64,000 bases of DNA from the NCBI GenBank assembly GCA_017439965.1, contig JAFSID010000078.1, positions 652 to 64,651 on the forward strand, written 5' to 3'. Shown piece by piece: positions 9,053-18,445 of this stretch (its first letter is position 1; each line of letters starts with the position of its first letter). The DNA comes from Clostridia bacterium (GTDB lineage: Bacteria; Bacillota; Clostridia; Oscillospirales; SIG627). A program made the position numbers and the translations under genes. The notes beneath the pieces are model-generated. The model was not told where the DNA came from, made no database searches, and was given only the letters and a program-made list of their open reading frames with translations.

Positions 9053-9987
9053 TGAAGAGAGCTTTTTTAGGTATTGATACGAGTAACTACACCACCTCCG
9101 CGTGTATTATGACGGATGACGGTACGGTTTATGATAAAATTCCTCTGACTGTACGGCTTGGAGAAAAGGGCGTAAGACAGAGTGAGGCTGTGTTTCAGCA
9201 CACTAAAAATCTTCCGATGCTCTTGGAACGAATCTTTGCTGAGGCAAGAGCCTCTCTCGGTGAGGATATCGGCATATCTGCCGTTGGTGTCTCAGAAAAG
9301 CCGAGAAGGGTAGAAGGGTCATATATGCCTTGCTTTCTTGCAGGTGTATCCTCTGCCGTATCAATAGCCTCCGCTATCGGATGTCCGAATTATTCCTTCT
9401 CTCATCAGGAGGGGCATATTCGTGCGGCAATTCTTGGCTCGGGGATGGACTCGAGTCTTTCGCATTTTTACAGCTTTCATCTTTCGGGTGGTACTTGTGA
9501 GCTTTTAGAGGTTAAAAAAGACGGGCACCGATATGATACTACCGTTGTTGCCGATACAGCCGATATTACTCTTGGACAGCTTATTGACAGGGCGGGTGTT
9601 ATGATGGGACTTCAGTTTCCTTGCGGTCCTGAGCTTGAAAGATTAGCAACAGAATGCGGTGCTATTCCGAGCGTTAAAATTAAGGGTGCTGATTCAATCA
9701 ATTTATCGGGCTTTGAGAACAAGGCTGAAAGGATGCTCTCCGAAGGTCTTTCGCATCAGGATATTTCTGCATACGTTTTCGGCGTATGTATCGGAGCAAT
9801 CAAAACGTTACTTACTGCAAGACGGTTTTATGATTTGCCCATACTGTTTTCTGGTGGCGTTTGTTCAAGTCATCTTATCAAGCACGCAATAACGTCTGCA
9901 TACGATAAATGTTATTTTGCACCTCCTCAGTATTCCGCCGACAATGCTATCGGTATATGTGCACTTGTGAAAGATATTAATTCCTAA
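9052..9987 (+). CDS. Divergent Kae1/TsaD-family (peptidase M22/ASKHA) protein
   Basis: GIDTSNYTTS phosphate-1 motif and metal-binding HQEGH. 311 aa, shorter than canonical TsaD and lacking its SCDET motif. Confidence 0.6.
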   Translation: MKRAFLGIDTSNYTTSACIMTDDGTVYDKIPLTVRLGEKGVRQSEAVFQHTKNLPMLLERIFAEARASLGEDIGISAVGVSEKPRRVEGSYMPCFLAGVSSAVSIASAIGCPNYSFSHQEGHIRAAILGSGMDSSLSHFYSFHLSGGTCELLEVKKDGHRYDTTVVADTADITLGQLIDRAGVMMGLQFPCGPELERLATECGAIPSVKIKGADSINLSGFENKAERMLSEGLSHQDISAYVFGVCIGAIKTLLTARRFYDLPILFSGGVCSSHLIKHAITSAYDKCYFAPPQYSADNAIGICALVKDINS

Positions 9988-9995
9988 GGTGTTTT

Positions 9996-11204
9996 ATGGA
10001 ACAGCATATTTTAACGGTAACACAGATAAATGAATATATAAAAGGAATTTTTGACGGCTCGCATTTTTTGAGTGACGTATACGTCAAGGGTGAGATTTCG
10101 AACTTTACCAATCACTATAAAACGGGTCATATGTACTTTACTCTCAAGGATGAGGGTGGAGTGTTACGTGCCGTAATGTTCCGATTTAACGCTTCCGAGC
10201 TTGCTTTTCTTCCCGAAAACGGAATGAAGGTCATAGCACACGGAAGAATATCATCCTACGCAAAGGACGGGTCTTATCAGATTTACGTTGATTCAATGGA
10301 GCCCGATGGAATCGGAGCGCTCTATATTGCGTTTGAGCAATTAAAGGAAAAGCTATCGGCTGAGGGATTATTTGATCCGAAATACAAAAAGCCTATTCCC
10401 AAATATCCTTCTAAAATAGGAATCGTAACCTCAGCTACGGGTGCTGCTGTTCGGGATATGATAAACGTATCGAGACGTAGATTTCCTATGACCGAGCTTA
10501 TTTTGTTTCCTTGTCTCGTTCAAGGGGATAACGCGCCCGAGCAAATTGCTCAGGGCATAAAGTTCTTTAATGCGCGATGTCCCGTAGACACTATAATAAT
10601 AGGTCGAGGCGGTGGCTCACTCGAGGAGCTGTGGGCATTTAACAACGAAGCCCTTGCGCGCGTAATTTTTGCTTCAAAAATACCGATTATATCAGCCGTC
10701 GGTCACGAAACGGATTTTTCAATCAGTGATTTTGTAAGCGACCTTCGTGCGCCTACTCCGTCTGCCGCGGCAGAGCTTGCCTTACCCGATTACGTAAAGG
10801 AAAAGGAACACCTTGAGCTTATAAGCTCGGTTATGCGTAAGGATTTATTAGGCAGAATATCTACGCTTCGTGAAAGAATTGAACAAATTTCACGTAAGAG
10901 ATGCTTGTCGTCACCAAGCGTATTTTTTGACGATAAGCGTATAGCACTTGATAATCTCGCAAACAGACTTTTAGACAAGACTGATGCCGTACTGTCAAGA
11001 AAAATGTCTGAGCTTCAGCTTCGCACAGCGTCCCTTGAGGCTCTTAATCCCTTGAAGGTAATCGCAAGAGGATACAGCGCCGTGTACAAATCGGACGGTA
11101 AGCTTATTAAGAGCGTTAATGACGTAGCTGTTGATGATGAAATAGAATTTAAGACGGTTGACGGTAGTGTAAGCGCTACTGTAACTCGTATTACGGAGGA
11201 TTGA
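9996..11204 (+). CDS. xseA: Exodeoxyribonuclease VII large subunit
   Basis: OB-fold N-terminus VKGEISNF..HMYFTLKD; 402 aa; followed by xseB. Confidence 0.95.
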   Translation: MEQHILTVTQINEYIKGIFDGSHFLSDVYVKGEISNFTNHYKTGHMYFTLKDEGGVLRAVMFRFNASELAFLPENGMKVIAHGRISSYAKDGSYQIYVDSMEPDGIGALYIAFEQLKEKLSAEGLFDPKYKKPIPKYPSKIGIVTSATGAAVRDMINVSRRRFPMTELILFPCLVQGDNAPEQIAQGIKFFNARCPVDTIIIGRGGGSLEELWAFNNEALARVIFASKIPIISAVGHETDFSISDFVSDLRAPTPSAAAELALPDYVKEKEHLELISSVMRKDLLGRISTLRERIEQISRKRCLSSPSVFFDDKRIALDNLANRLLDKTDAVLSRKMSELQLRTASLEALNPLKVIARGYSAVYKSDGKLIKSVNDVAVDDEIEFKTVDGSVSATVTRITED

Positions 11205-11206
11205 AT

Positions 11207-11455
11207 ATGTCCGATAAAAAAACAGAAGATATGAAATTTGAAGAGGCTCTTGCTGAGCTTGAAAAAATAGTCGCATCGCTTGAAAACCAGACTGCACCGC
11301 TTGATGAGTCAATAACGCTATACGAAAACGGCATTGCGCTTGTCAAACAGTGCTCCAAGCTTCTTGACGATGCTCAACAAAAGGTGGGAATTTTGTCAAG
11401 AAATGAATCGGGAGAAGTTGTTGTAAAGCCTTTTTCGACCGAAAGCAACGAATAA
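11207..11455 (+). CDS. xseB: Exodeoxyribonuclease VII small subunit
   Basis: FEEALAELEKIV..LE block. ATG 11207 sits 6 nt after GGAGGA; the ORF-track TTG at 11201 is less likely. Confidence 0.9.
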   Translation: MSDKKTEDMKFEEALAELEKIVASLENQTAPLDESITLYENGIALVKQCSKLLDDAQQKVGILSRNESGEVVVKPFSTESNE

Positions 11456-11476
11456 TTGCATAATTATACATAAAAC

Positions 11477-11505
11477 TTGATTTATTTGGTTTTATATGAT
11501 ACAAT
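11477..11505 (+). promoter_or_regulatory. Sigma-A type promoter for dxs
   Basis: TTGATT (11477-11482), 17 nt, TACAAT (11500-11505) with TG at the extended -10 position. Confidence 0.45.
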
Positions 11506-11538
11506 AATACAACGAATTTTTTTAAGGAGGCTAAACGG

Positions 11539-13368
11539 ATGGACTTTTTAACCCTTGACGAAGTAAAGAAGCTTTCCGTTGAGGAAGCCTCTGACTACTG
11601 TAACTTTCTAAGACGTCACATTGTTGATACGGTTATGGTCACGGGCGGTCACCTTTCGTCAAATCTTGGGGTCGCGGAGATTTCAACCGCATGTGTCAGG
11701 GTGTTTGACGTACCAAACGACCTTATCATATACGACGTCGGTCATCAAAGCTATATACATAAGCTTTTGACTGAACGTTATCTTGATTCAGATAATCTTC
11801 GTGCCTTCGGTAAGTATTCGGGATTTACGAAGAGAGACGAAAGCATATACGACCCCTTTGGTGCAGGACACAGCAGTACGGCTCTTTCGGCGGCTGTCGG
11901 CTTTGCAAAAGCTTCAAAGCTCAAGGGTGAGAATAAGACCGCCGTTGCGATAATCGGCGACGGAGCTTTTTGTACGGGTATGACTTTTGAGGCAATCAAC
12001 AATATTGACTCGGACGATAAAATTGTAATTATTTTAAATGACAACGAAATGTCGATTTCCAAGAATGTTGGCAGAATGTCTAACTATCTTGTTAAAATCC
12101 GCTCGGGTAAAAAGTATTTAAATTTCAAAAGTAAGACCAAAAGATTTGTTTCAAAAATACCTATTATCGGTTCTGCTTTATACCGATTTGCAAGCGCACT
12201 CAAGGATGCTTTAAAGCGCCTCGTGGTTAAAAATACGTTCTTTGAAGAGCTTGGAATAGATTATATAGGACCCGCTGACGGCAATGACTTGGAAACGGTT
12301 GAACGCCTGTTATATGAAGCAAAGAAAAGAACCAAGCCCGTTCTTATACATCTTTGTACGCAAAAGGGAAGAGGCTTTGAGGATGCTGAGAAGCATCCTG
12401 ACAGATATCATTCCGTATCTCCAAAGACTTCAGAATCAAACGAGGGCAAAACGTTTTCCGAATACTTTGGCGAAATAGTTGTCAATGAAGCCGTTAATAA
12501 TAAAAGCGTTATTGCCGTAACTGCCGCAATGTGTGACGGTACGGGACTCAACGGCTTTAAGGCTGCCTATCCCGACAGGTTTTTTGACGTTGGTATTTGC
12601 GAGGAGCACGCCGTAACCTTTTGCTCAGCTATGAACGCCGAAGGACTTGTTCCTTATTTTGCTGTGTACAGCACATTCTTTCAAAGGTGCTACGATCAGC
12701 TCGTGCACGATTGTGCTCTACAAAATCTTAAAATAATTTTTGCTCTTGACAGAGCAGGTTTTTCGTCCCACGACGGACCTACTCACCACGGAGTTTTTGA
12801 CGTTGCGCTTTTAATGTCCGTGCCTCATATTACGGTTTATTCACCTGCTACGCTTGATGAAATGAAGTATTCGTTTGATATGGCAAAGGATTGCAACACA
12901 GCGGTTGCCGTCAGATACCCAAAGGGGTGTGAATCTGCCGATCTTAAGGATATTTTTAAGGTGTCTGACCTTTCTCTTGATGAGTATAAGACCAGTGACG
13001 TGTTATTTATTACATACGGAAAAATCACATCCGAGGTCATTCTTGCCAAGAAATGCCTTGAGGCACTCGGAACAAGCTGTACGGTGCTGAAGCTTCTGAA
13101 AATAAAGCCTATTGATTTTGAAACCGTTGAGGCTGTCATTAACAAAATATCTCCGAAGGGGATATTTGTCGTTGAAGAAGGAATACGCTCGTCGGGACTT
13201 GGAGAGCATATCTTCGCTAATCTTTCGAGTGGCGTTAATAAGGCTGAAATATATGCCATTGACAATACCTTTATCCCTCACGGAAATTTAAGCCAGCTTT
13301 ATGATTTTGCAGGCATTTCTGCAAACAAAATTACACAGAGGGTTATTTCATGGATGAAAAAAGCATAA
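11539..13368 (+). CDS. dxs: 1-deoxy-D-xylulose-5-phosphate synthase
   Basis: ThDP motif IIGDGAFCTGMTFEAINN, GHQSYIHKLLT block; 609 aa. Confidence 0.95.
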   Translation: MDFLTLDEVKKLSVEEASDYCNFLRRHIVDTVMVTGGHLSSNLGVAEISTACVRVFDVPNDLIIYDVGHQSYIHKLLTERYLDSDNLRAFGKYSGFTKRDESIYDPFGAGHSSTALSAAVGFAKASKLKGENKTAVAIIGDGAFCTGMTFEAINNIDSDDKIVIILNDNEMSISKNVGRMSNYLVKIRSGKKYLNFKSKTKRFVSKIPIIGSALYRFASALKDALKRLVVKNTFFEELGIDYIGPADGNDLETVERLLYEAKKRTKPVLIHLCTQKGRGFEDAEKHPDRYHSVSPKTSESNEGKTFSEYFGEIVVNEAVNNKSVIAVTAAMCDGTGLNGFKAAYPDRFFDVGICEEHAVTFCSAMNAEGLVPYFAVYSTFFQRCYDQLVHDCALQNLKIIFALDRAGFSSHDGPTHHGVFDVALLMSVPHITVYSPATLDEMKYSFDMAKDCNTAVAVRYPKGCESADLKDIFKVSDLSLDEYKTSDVLFITYGKITSEVILAKKCLEALGTSCTVLKLLKIKPIDFETVEAVINKISPKGIFVVEEGIRSSGLGEHIFANLSSGVNKAEIYAIDNTFIPHGNLSQLYDFAGISANKITQRVISWMKKA

Positions 13369-14108
13369 CTTCCGTTCGACTTGACGTGTATCTGTTTGAA
13401 AACGGTATGTGTCAAAGCCGTGCTCTTGCAAAAAAGCTTATACTTGATTCAAGCGTGCTGATAAACGGCGTTACGGTAACTAAACCCTCGACGGTCGTTC
13501 AAGCAGACGATAAGGTTACGTTATGTGAAAACAAGCTCTCACGCTACGTCAGCCGTGGAGCGCTTAAGCTTGAAGCTGCTTTGGATGAGTTTGATATTTG
13601 TGTTGAAGGTTATACCTGCATTGATATCGGAGCATCTACGGGAGGCTTTACCGACTTGTTGATACAGCGCGGTGCTTCGCTTGTGTATGCCGTAGAAAAC
13701 GGCAACGGTCAGCTTCACGAAAGGCTTTTAAACGATAAAAGAGTTGTTTCTCTTGAAAACACCAATGCCCGCACTCTAACGTGCGACATGATACCCGTAT
13801 GTGATATAGCGGTTATGGACGTATCGTTTGTGTCTCAAACGCTTTTCTATAAAACCGTTTCAGAGCTTTTGAGAAAAGACGGACTCTTTGTTTCTCTTAT
13901 TAAGCCTCAGTTTGAGGCGGGCAGAGAGCATTTGAACAAAAAAGGCATTGTTAGGGATGTTAAGGTTCATAAGCGTGTTATCGAAAAAATAACCAACGAA
14001 GCCGCGCTTTACGGATTTAAAGCGCTTGGTATTATTCCGTCTCCCATTGAGGGCGGTGATGGAAACAAGGAGTATCTTGTCGCTTTCACATATAAAGGAA
14101 AGGAGTAA
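13350..14108 (+). CDS. tlyA: TlyA-family rRNA 2-prime-O-methyltransferase (hemolysin A-like)
   Basis: S4-like N-terminus RLDVYL and FtsJ SAM motif DIGASTGGFTD. Confidence 0.9.
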   Translation: MDEKSITSVRLDVYLFENGMCQSRALAKKLILDSSVLINGVTVTKPSTVVQADDKVTLCENKLSRYVSRGALKLEAALDEFDICVEGYTCIDIGASTGGFTDLLIQRGASLVYAVENGNGQLHERLLNDKRVVSLENTNARTLTCDMIPVCDIAVMDVSFVSQTLFYKTVSELLRKDGLFVSLIKPQFEAGREHLNKKGIVRDVKVHKRVIEKITNEAALYGFKALGIIPSPIEGGDGNKEYLVAFTYKGKE

Positions 14109-14112
14109 AAGA

Positions 14113-14970
14113 GTGAAGAACGTAACTGTTATTGCCAACACAAAAAAAGACCCGACACTTGAGGTTACAAAGAAAACAGTTTCTATACTTTCAAAACACG
14201 CTGATGCGGTGTATATGGATAAGGCACTTGCTTATGATGCACAGCCCTGCGTAAGCTTTGTCGAAGCTGACAGTCTGTTTGAAAACACCGAAGCGGTTAT
14301 CACCATAGGCGGTGACGGTACTATTCTTCGGATTGCTCCCGAAATATGCAAGCGTTCTATTCCCGTACTCGGTATCAATCTTGGCAGAGTTGGGTTTATG
14401 GCAGAGCTTGAAACCAACGAGCTTGAGCTTATTTCTAAGCTGTTTACCAGCGAGTATATAATTGATTCACGTATGATGCTTGATATCGACGTTGTCAGAA
14501 ACGGCGTAAAGATACATTCATTTACGGCGCTGAATGAGGTTGTAATAATGAACGGCAGCATTTCAAGAATGATAGAGCTCGACCTCTTTTGTAACGAAAG
14601 CTACGTTTCCTCATATCACGCCGACGGTCTTATTTTATCCACTCCGACCGGTTCAACCGCATATTCACTTTCGGCGGGTGGAGCTGTAATAGATCCTTCA
14701 CTTGAATGTATACTCGTAACACCCGTTTGCGCTCATTCCTTTCATAATTCAAGACCTATGGTTTTTTCAACCTCGTCCGAATTGACGGTTAAGGATGTAA
14801 GAGTCTGCGACGAGAATACGTATCTCACTCTCGACGGTAACAGAAACGTTCAGCTTTCCTTTGGTGACAGCGTTCTTGTTAAAAAATCACAATATACGAC
14901 CGATCTTGCCAGAATTAAAACGACACGCTTCTACAATACCGTATTCACGAAGCTTTCCGAAAGGAGATAA
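14113..14970 (+). CDS. nadK: NAD kinase
   Basis: GGDGT motif (TIGGDGTIL) and STPTGSTAYSLSAGG. GTG 14113 follows AGGAG; the ORF-track ATG at 14026 would overlap tlyA by 83 nt. Confidence 0.9.
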   Translation: MKNVTVIANTKKDPTLEVTKKTVSILSKHADAVYMDKALAYDAQPCVSFVEADSLFENTEAVITIGGDGTILRIAPEICKRSIPVLGINLGRVGFMAELETNELELISKLFTSEYIIDSRMMLDIDVVRNGVKIHSFTALNEVVIMNGSISRMIELDLFCNESYVSSYHADGLILSTPTGSTAYSLSAGGAVIDPSLECILVTPVCAHSFHNSRPMVFSTSSELTVKDVRVCDENTYLTLDGNRNVQLSFGDSVLVKKSQYTTDLARIKTTRFYNTVFTKLSERR

Positions 14971-14971
14971 T

Positions 14972-15427
14972 ATGAAGGCACAAAGACATGCTAAAATTAT
15001 TGAGCTTATAAATTCTAATGACATAGAAACACAAGAGGAGCTTACAACACTACTTGGACAAAGTGGATTTGATACGACTCAAGCAACTGTTTCCCGTGAT
15101 ATAAAGGAGCTCCGTCTCATAAAGATTGCTGATGAAAAGGGTAATTACAAATACGCAGTAAAATCAGCCAATGACGAGCTTAAGCTTTCGGCAAAGTTTT
15201 CGAGAATACTCGAAGAGACTGTTCTTCGAATTGACGTTTCAACTTCTTTAGTTGTTATAAAAACCTATCCCGCTATGGCTCAGGCTGCTGCTTCAGCGAT
15301 TGATAATATGAAATGGGACGAGATAGTTGGCACCATTGCAGGTGACGATACGATTTTCGTAGCATTGAAAACTATTGAGGATGCTGAGGTGTTTTGTCAA
15401 AAGGTAAGGGAAATTTTGTCAGTATAA
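14972..15427 (+). CDS. argR: Arginine repressor
   Basis: MKAQRHAKIIELI..QEEL..ATVSRDIKEL winged helix and C-terminal GTIAGDDTIF. ATG 14972 follows AAGGAG. Confidence 0.9.
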   Translation: MKAQRHAKIIELINSNDIETQEELTTLLGQSGFDTTQATVSRDIKELRLIKIADEKGNYKYAVKSANDELKLSAKFSRILEETVLRIDVSTSLVVIKTYPAMAQAAASAIDNMKWDEIVGTIAGDDTIFVALKTIEDAEVFCQKVREILSV

Positions 15428-15449
15428 AAATCGAAAGGAGCGATGCTTT

Positions 15450-17144
15450 ATGCTCGCATCTCTGCATATTGAAAACGTCGCTCTGATAAAGCGACTTGAC
15501 ATTGATTTCGAAAACGGCTTCAGCGTGCTTACGGGTGAGACCGGTGCAGGCAAATCAATTCTTATCGACTCCATCAACCTTGTGTGCGGAGTCAGAACTT
15601 CACGCGATATAATACGGACGGGCGAGGTTGAGTGCTTTGTATCCGCTTTGTTTTTTGTTGAAGACAAGCCTACGCTTGAAGCGCTTTCCGAGCTTGGAGT
15701 TCAACCCGACTCCGAGGATGGCTCGATGATGCTGTCACGGCGTTTTAACGCCGACGGACGTTCGGTGTGTAAAATCGGAACACGAACCGTACCCGTATCA
15801 CTTTTAAAGTCTGTTGCAACTCACTTGATTTCTATGAGTGAACAGCATGATTCCTACAGCCTTTTAAATTCAGAGCTTCACGGCGATTATCTTGACCGTT
15901 TTGCTCAGGCAAGTATTGACGGCTTTGAGACAGTAAAGAAAGCTTACGGCAATTCATATTTGCTGTATAAAAAAGCAAAAAGTGACCTTCAGGGAGCAAG
16001 GATTGACGAGAGTGAACGCCGTTCAAGACTCGACTTTTTAAGATTTCAATACAAGGAGCTTGAGGCTGCAAAAATCAAGGTCGGTGAAGAAGCACAGCTT
16101 ATTGCCGAAAGAAACGTTATCAGAAACAGCGAAACCGTAACGAAGGCTATAAAGGGAACTTCAGCTTTGTTGATGGGCTCAGCCAAGCCCGGAATTTACG
16201 ACCGATTAATTATGGCGTCCGAAAACGTTGAAAAGATTGCTGACGTTATACCCGAAGGTAACGATATCGTCGAGAGACTTGTGACACTTTCGGGGCAGGT
16301 ACAAGACGTTAACGAGGCGTTGTTAAAATATCTTCCTAAAAATCTCGATGATCCCTCAGCTATGCTTGATAAGATAGAGGATAGACTTGAAACCATTTCA
16401 AGTATCAAGGCGAAGTACGGAGAGACCGAGGAAGAGGTAATTAAAGCTTTTGAGGAAATCGCCCAAAAGATAAGCTTCCTTGAGGAATATGAGTTTTCAA
16501 TTAAGGAGCTTGAGGAGGCAGAGACAAGCGCGCGTAAAGAATGTACCGCTTGCGAAGAAAAGCTACGTTCACTTCGTATAAAAGCCGCCGAGCTTATGTC
16601 GGAGCAAATTAACGAGGAGTTTAATTTCCTCGATATGAGTGGCGTGCTCTTTGAGGTCTGCTTTAAACCGCTTGATGAGTTTGATGAAAGGGGAGGAGTT
16701 TTTCCTGAATTTTTCGTAAAAACTAATCCGGGAGAGCCGTTTAAGCCGTTGTCCGCTATCACATCGGGCGGTGAGCTTTCACGAATTATGCTTGCACTTA
16801 TGAAAATTCTTGCAGGCTGTGACAGTATAGGCACAGTCGTGTTCGATGAGATTGATACGGGTGTTTCGGGAAAGACCTCAAGCAAGATTGGTATTTCGAT
16901 AAAATCACTTTCCCGTGAGCATCAAGTGATTTGTGTAACGCATTCCGCTCAGGTTTCAGCTGTTGCACACCACCATTATAAAATTTCCAAGAATGAAATT
17001 GACGGCAGAATGGAGACCTCGGTTGAGCTTCTGCCCGATGATATGAGAGTACAAGAGATTGCTCGTATTTTAGGCGGAGTTACCGTAACCGAGCACACTC
17101 TTGAAACAGCACGTGAGTTAATTGCTCAAAGCAAAAATATATAG
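15450..17144 (+). CDS. recN: DNA repair protein RecN
   Basis: Walker A GETGAGKS, long coiled coil, C-terminal FDEIDTGVSG. Confidence 0.95.
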   Translation: MLASLHIENVALIKRLDIDFENGFSVLTGETGAGKSILIDSINLVCGVRTSRDIIRTGEVECFVSALFFVEDKPTLEALSELGVQPDSEDGSMMLSRRFNADGRSVCKIGTRTVPVSLLKSVATHLISMSEQHDSYSLLNSELHGDYLDRFAQASIDGFETVKKAYGNSYLLYKKAKSDLQGARIDESERRSRLDFLRFQYKELEAAKIKVGEEAQLIAERNVIRNSETVTKAIKGTSALLMGSAKPGIYDRLIMASENVEKIADVIPEGNDIVERLVTLSGQVQDVNEALLKYLPKNLDDPSAMLDKIEDRLETISSIKAKYGETEEEVIKAFEEIAQKISFLEEYEFSIKELEEAETSARKECTACEEKLRSLRIKAAELMSEQINEEFNFLDMSGVLFEVCFKPLDEFDERGGVFPEFFVKTNPGEPFKPLSAITSGGELSRIMLALMKILAGCDSIGTVVFDEIDTGVSGKTSSKIGISIKSLSREHQVICVTHSAQVSAVAHHHYKISKNEIDGRMETSVELLPDDMRVQEIARILGGVTVTEHTLETARELIAQSKNI

Positions 17145-17173
17145 TATATTATTAAAGAATTGAGGATACAAAA

Positions 17174-18397
17174 ATGACATTATTCGAAGAACTTCAAAAA
17201 AGAGGTCTGATTGCACAGACCACAGATGAAGCTGAAATCGCAGAGCTTGTAAATAACGGTAAAGCAGTATTCTATATTGGCTTTGACCCTACTGCCGACA
17301 GCCTTCACGTAGGTCACTTTATGGCGCTTTGCCTTATGAAGAGACTCCAGATGGCCGGCAATAAGCCCATCGCGCTTATCGGAGGCGGTACCGCTATGAT
17401 TGGTGACCCTTCGGGTCGTACCGATATGAGACAGATGATGACAGTCGAGACCATTCAGCACAATTGCGAATGCTTTAAGAAGCAGATGAGCCGTTTTATT
17501 GACTTTTCAGAAGGAAAGGCTCTTATGGTAAACAATGCCGATTGGCTTCTTGACCTTAATTACGTTCAGGTGCTTCGTGACGTTGGAGCTTGCTTCAGCG
17601 TTAACAAGATGCTTGCCGCTGAGTGCTATAAGCAGAGAATGGAAAAGGGACTCAGCTTCCTTGAGTTTAACTATATGATTATGCAGAGCTACGACTTCTA
17701 CGCTCTCTACCAGAAGTACGGCTGTAATATGCAGTTTGGCGGCGATGACCAGTGGAGCAATATGCTTGGCGGTACCGAGCTTATCCGTAAGAAGCTTGGC
17801 AAGGATGCATATGCAATGACAATCACCCTTCTTCTCAATTCCGAGGGCAAGAAGATGGGCAAGACCCAGAAGGGCGCTGTATGGCTTGACGCCGAAAAGA
17901 CCACTCCTTACGATTTCTTCCAGTATTGGAGAAACGTTGACGACGCTGACGTAATCAAGTGTATGAAGATGCTTACCTTTATGTCTCTTGATGAGATTGC
18001 TGAGTATGAAGTGCTTGAGGGCAGTGAGCTTAACAGAGCAAAGGAAAAGCTTGCTTATGAGCTTACCGAGCTTGTTCACGGTAAGGAGGAGGCTGACAAG
18101 GCGCTTGATGCTGCACGAGCAATTTTCTCCTCTAATCAAAACAGCGAGAATATGCCTTCCACTGAGATTGATGATTCCGTATTCGTTGACGGTAAGATTC
18201 TCGTTGCGGAGCTTATGACGGTTGCAGGTCTTACGCCTTCTCGCTCTGAGGCTCGCAGACTTATCGTTCAAGGCGGTGTATCCGTCAACGGTGAAAAGGT
18301 TACCGACGGCAACGCAGCTCTTGACAAGGAGCTTTTTGCAGAGGACGTCGTTATCAAGAAGGGTAAAAAGGTATTCCATAAGGTAATACTTAAGTAA
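17174..18397 (+). CDS. tyrS: Tyrosine--tRNA ligase
   Basis: HIGH-type HVGH, KMSKS-type KKMGKT, C-terminal S4 domain. Confidence 0.95.
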   Translation: MTLFEELQKRGLIAQTTDEAEIAELVNNGKAVFYIGFDPTADSLHVGHFMALCLMKRLQMAGNKPIALIGGGTAMIGDPSGRTDMRQMMTVETIQHNCECFKKQMSRFIDFSEGKALMVNNADWLLDLNYVQVLRDVGACFSVNKMLAAECYKQRMEKGLSFLEFNYMIMQSYDFYALYQKYGCNMQFGGDDQWSNMLGGTELIRKKLGKDAYAMTITLLLNSEGKKMGKTQKGAVWLDAEKTTPYDFFQYWRNVDDADVIKCMKMLTFMSLDEIAEYEVLEGSELNRAKEKLAYELTELVHGKEEADKALDAARAIFSSNQNSENMPSTEIDDSVFVDGKILVAELMTVAGLTPSRSEARRLIVQGGVSVNGEKVTDGNAALDKELFAEDVVIKKGKKVFHKVILK

Positions 18398-18402
18398 AAT
18401 TA

Positions 18403-18437
18403 AAGCGACGGGGTTTTCCCGTCGCTTAATTTTTTTA
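18403..18437. terminator. Bidirectional intrinsic terminator (tyrS / paralog P1)
   Basis: AAGCGACGGGG-TTTT-CCCGTCGCTT followed by a T run. Confidence 0.8.
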
Positions 18438-18445
18438 GTATTAAA

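Noticed and set aside
17145-17173. T-box leaders upstream of tyrS, and of gltX at 60567-60584
   Set aside because: The intergenic gaps are 29 nt and 18 nt. A T-box leader needs roughly 200 nt or more, so it cannot fit.
17507-18379. 290-aa minus-strand ORF inside tyrS
   Set aside because: It is an antisense shadow of a clearly identified tyrS (HIGH/KMSKS motifs). Its composition is low in complexity and rich in Leu, Lys and Val.
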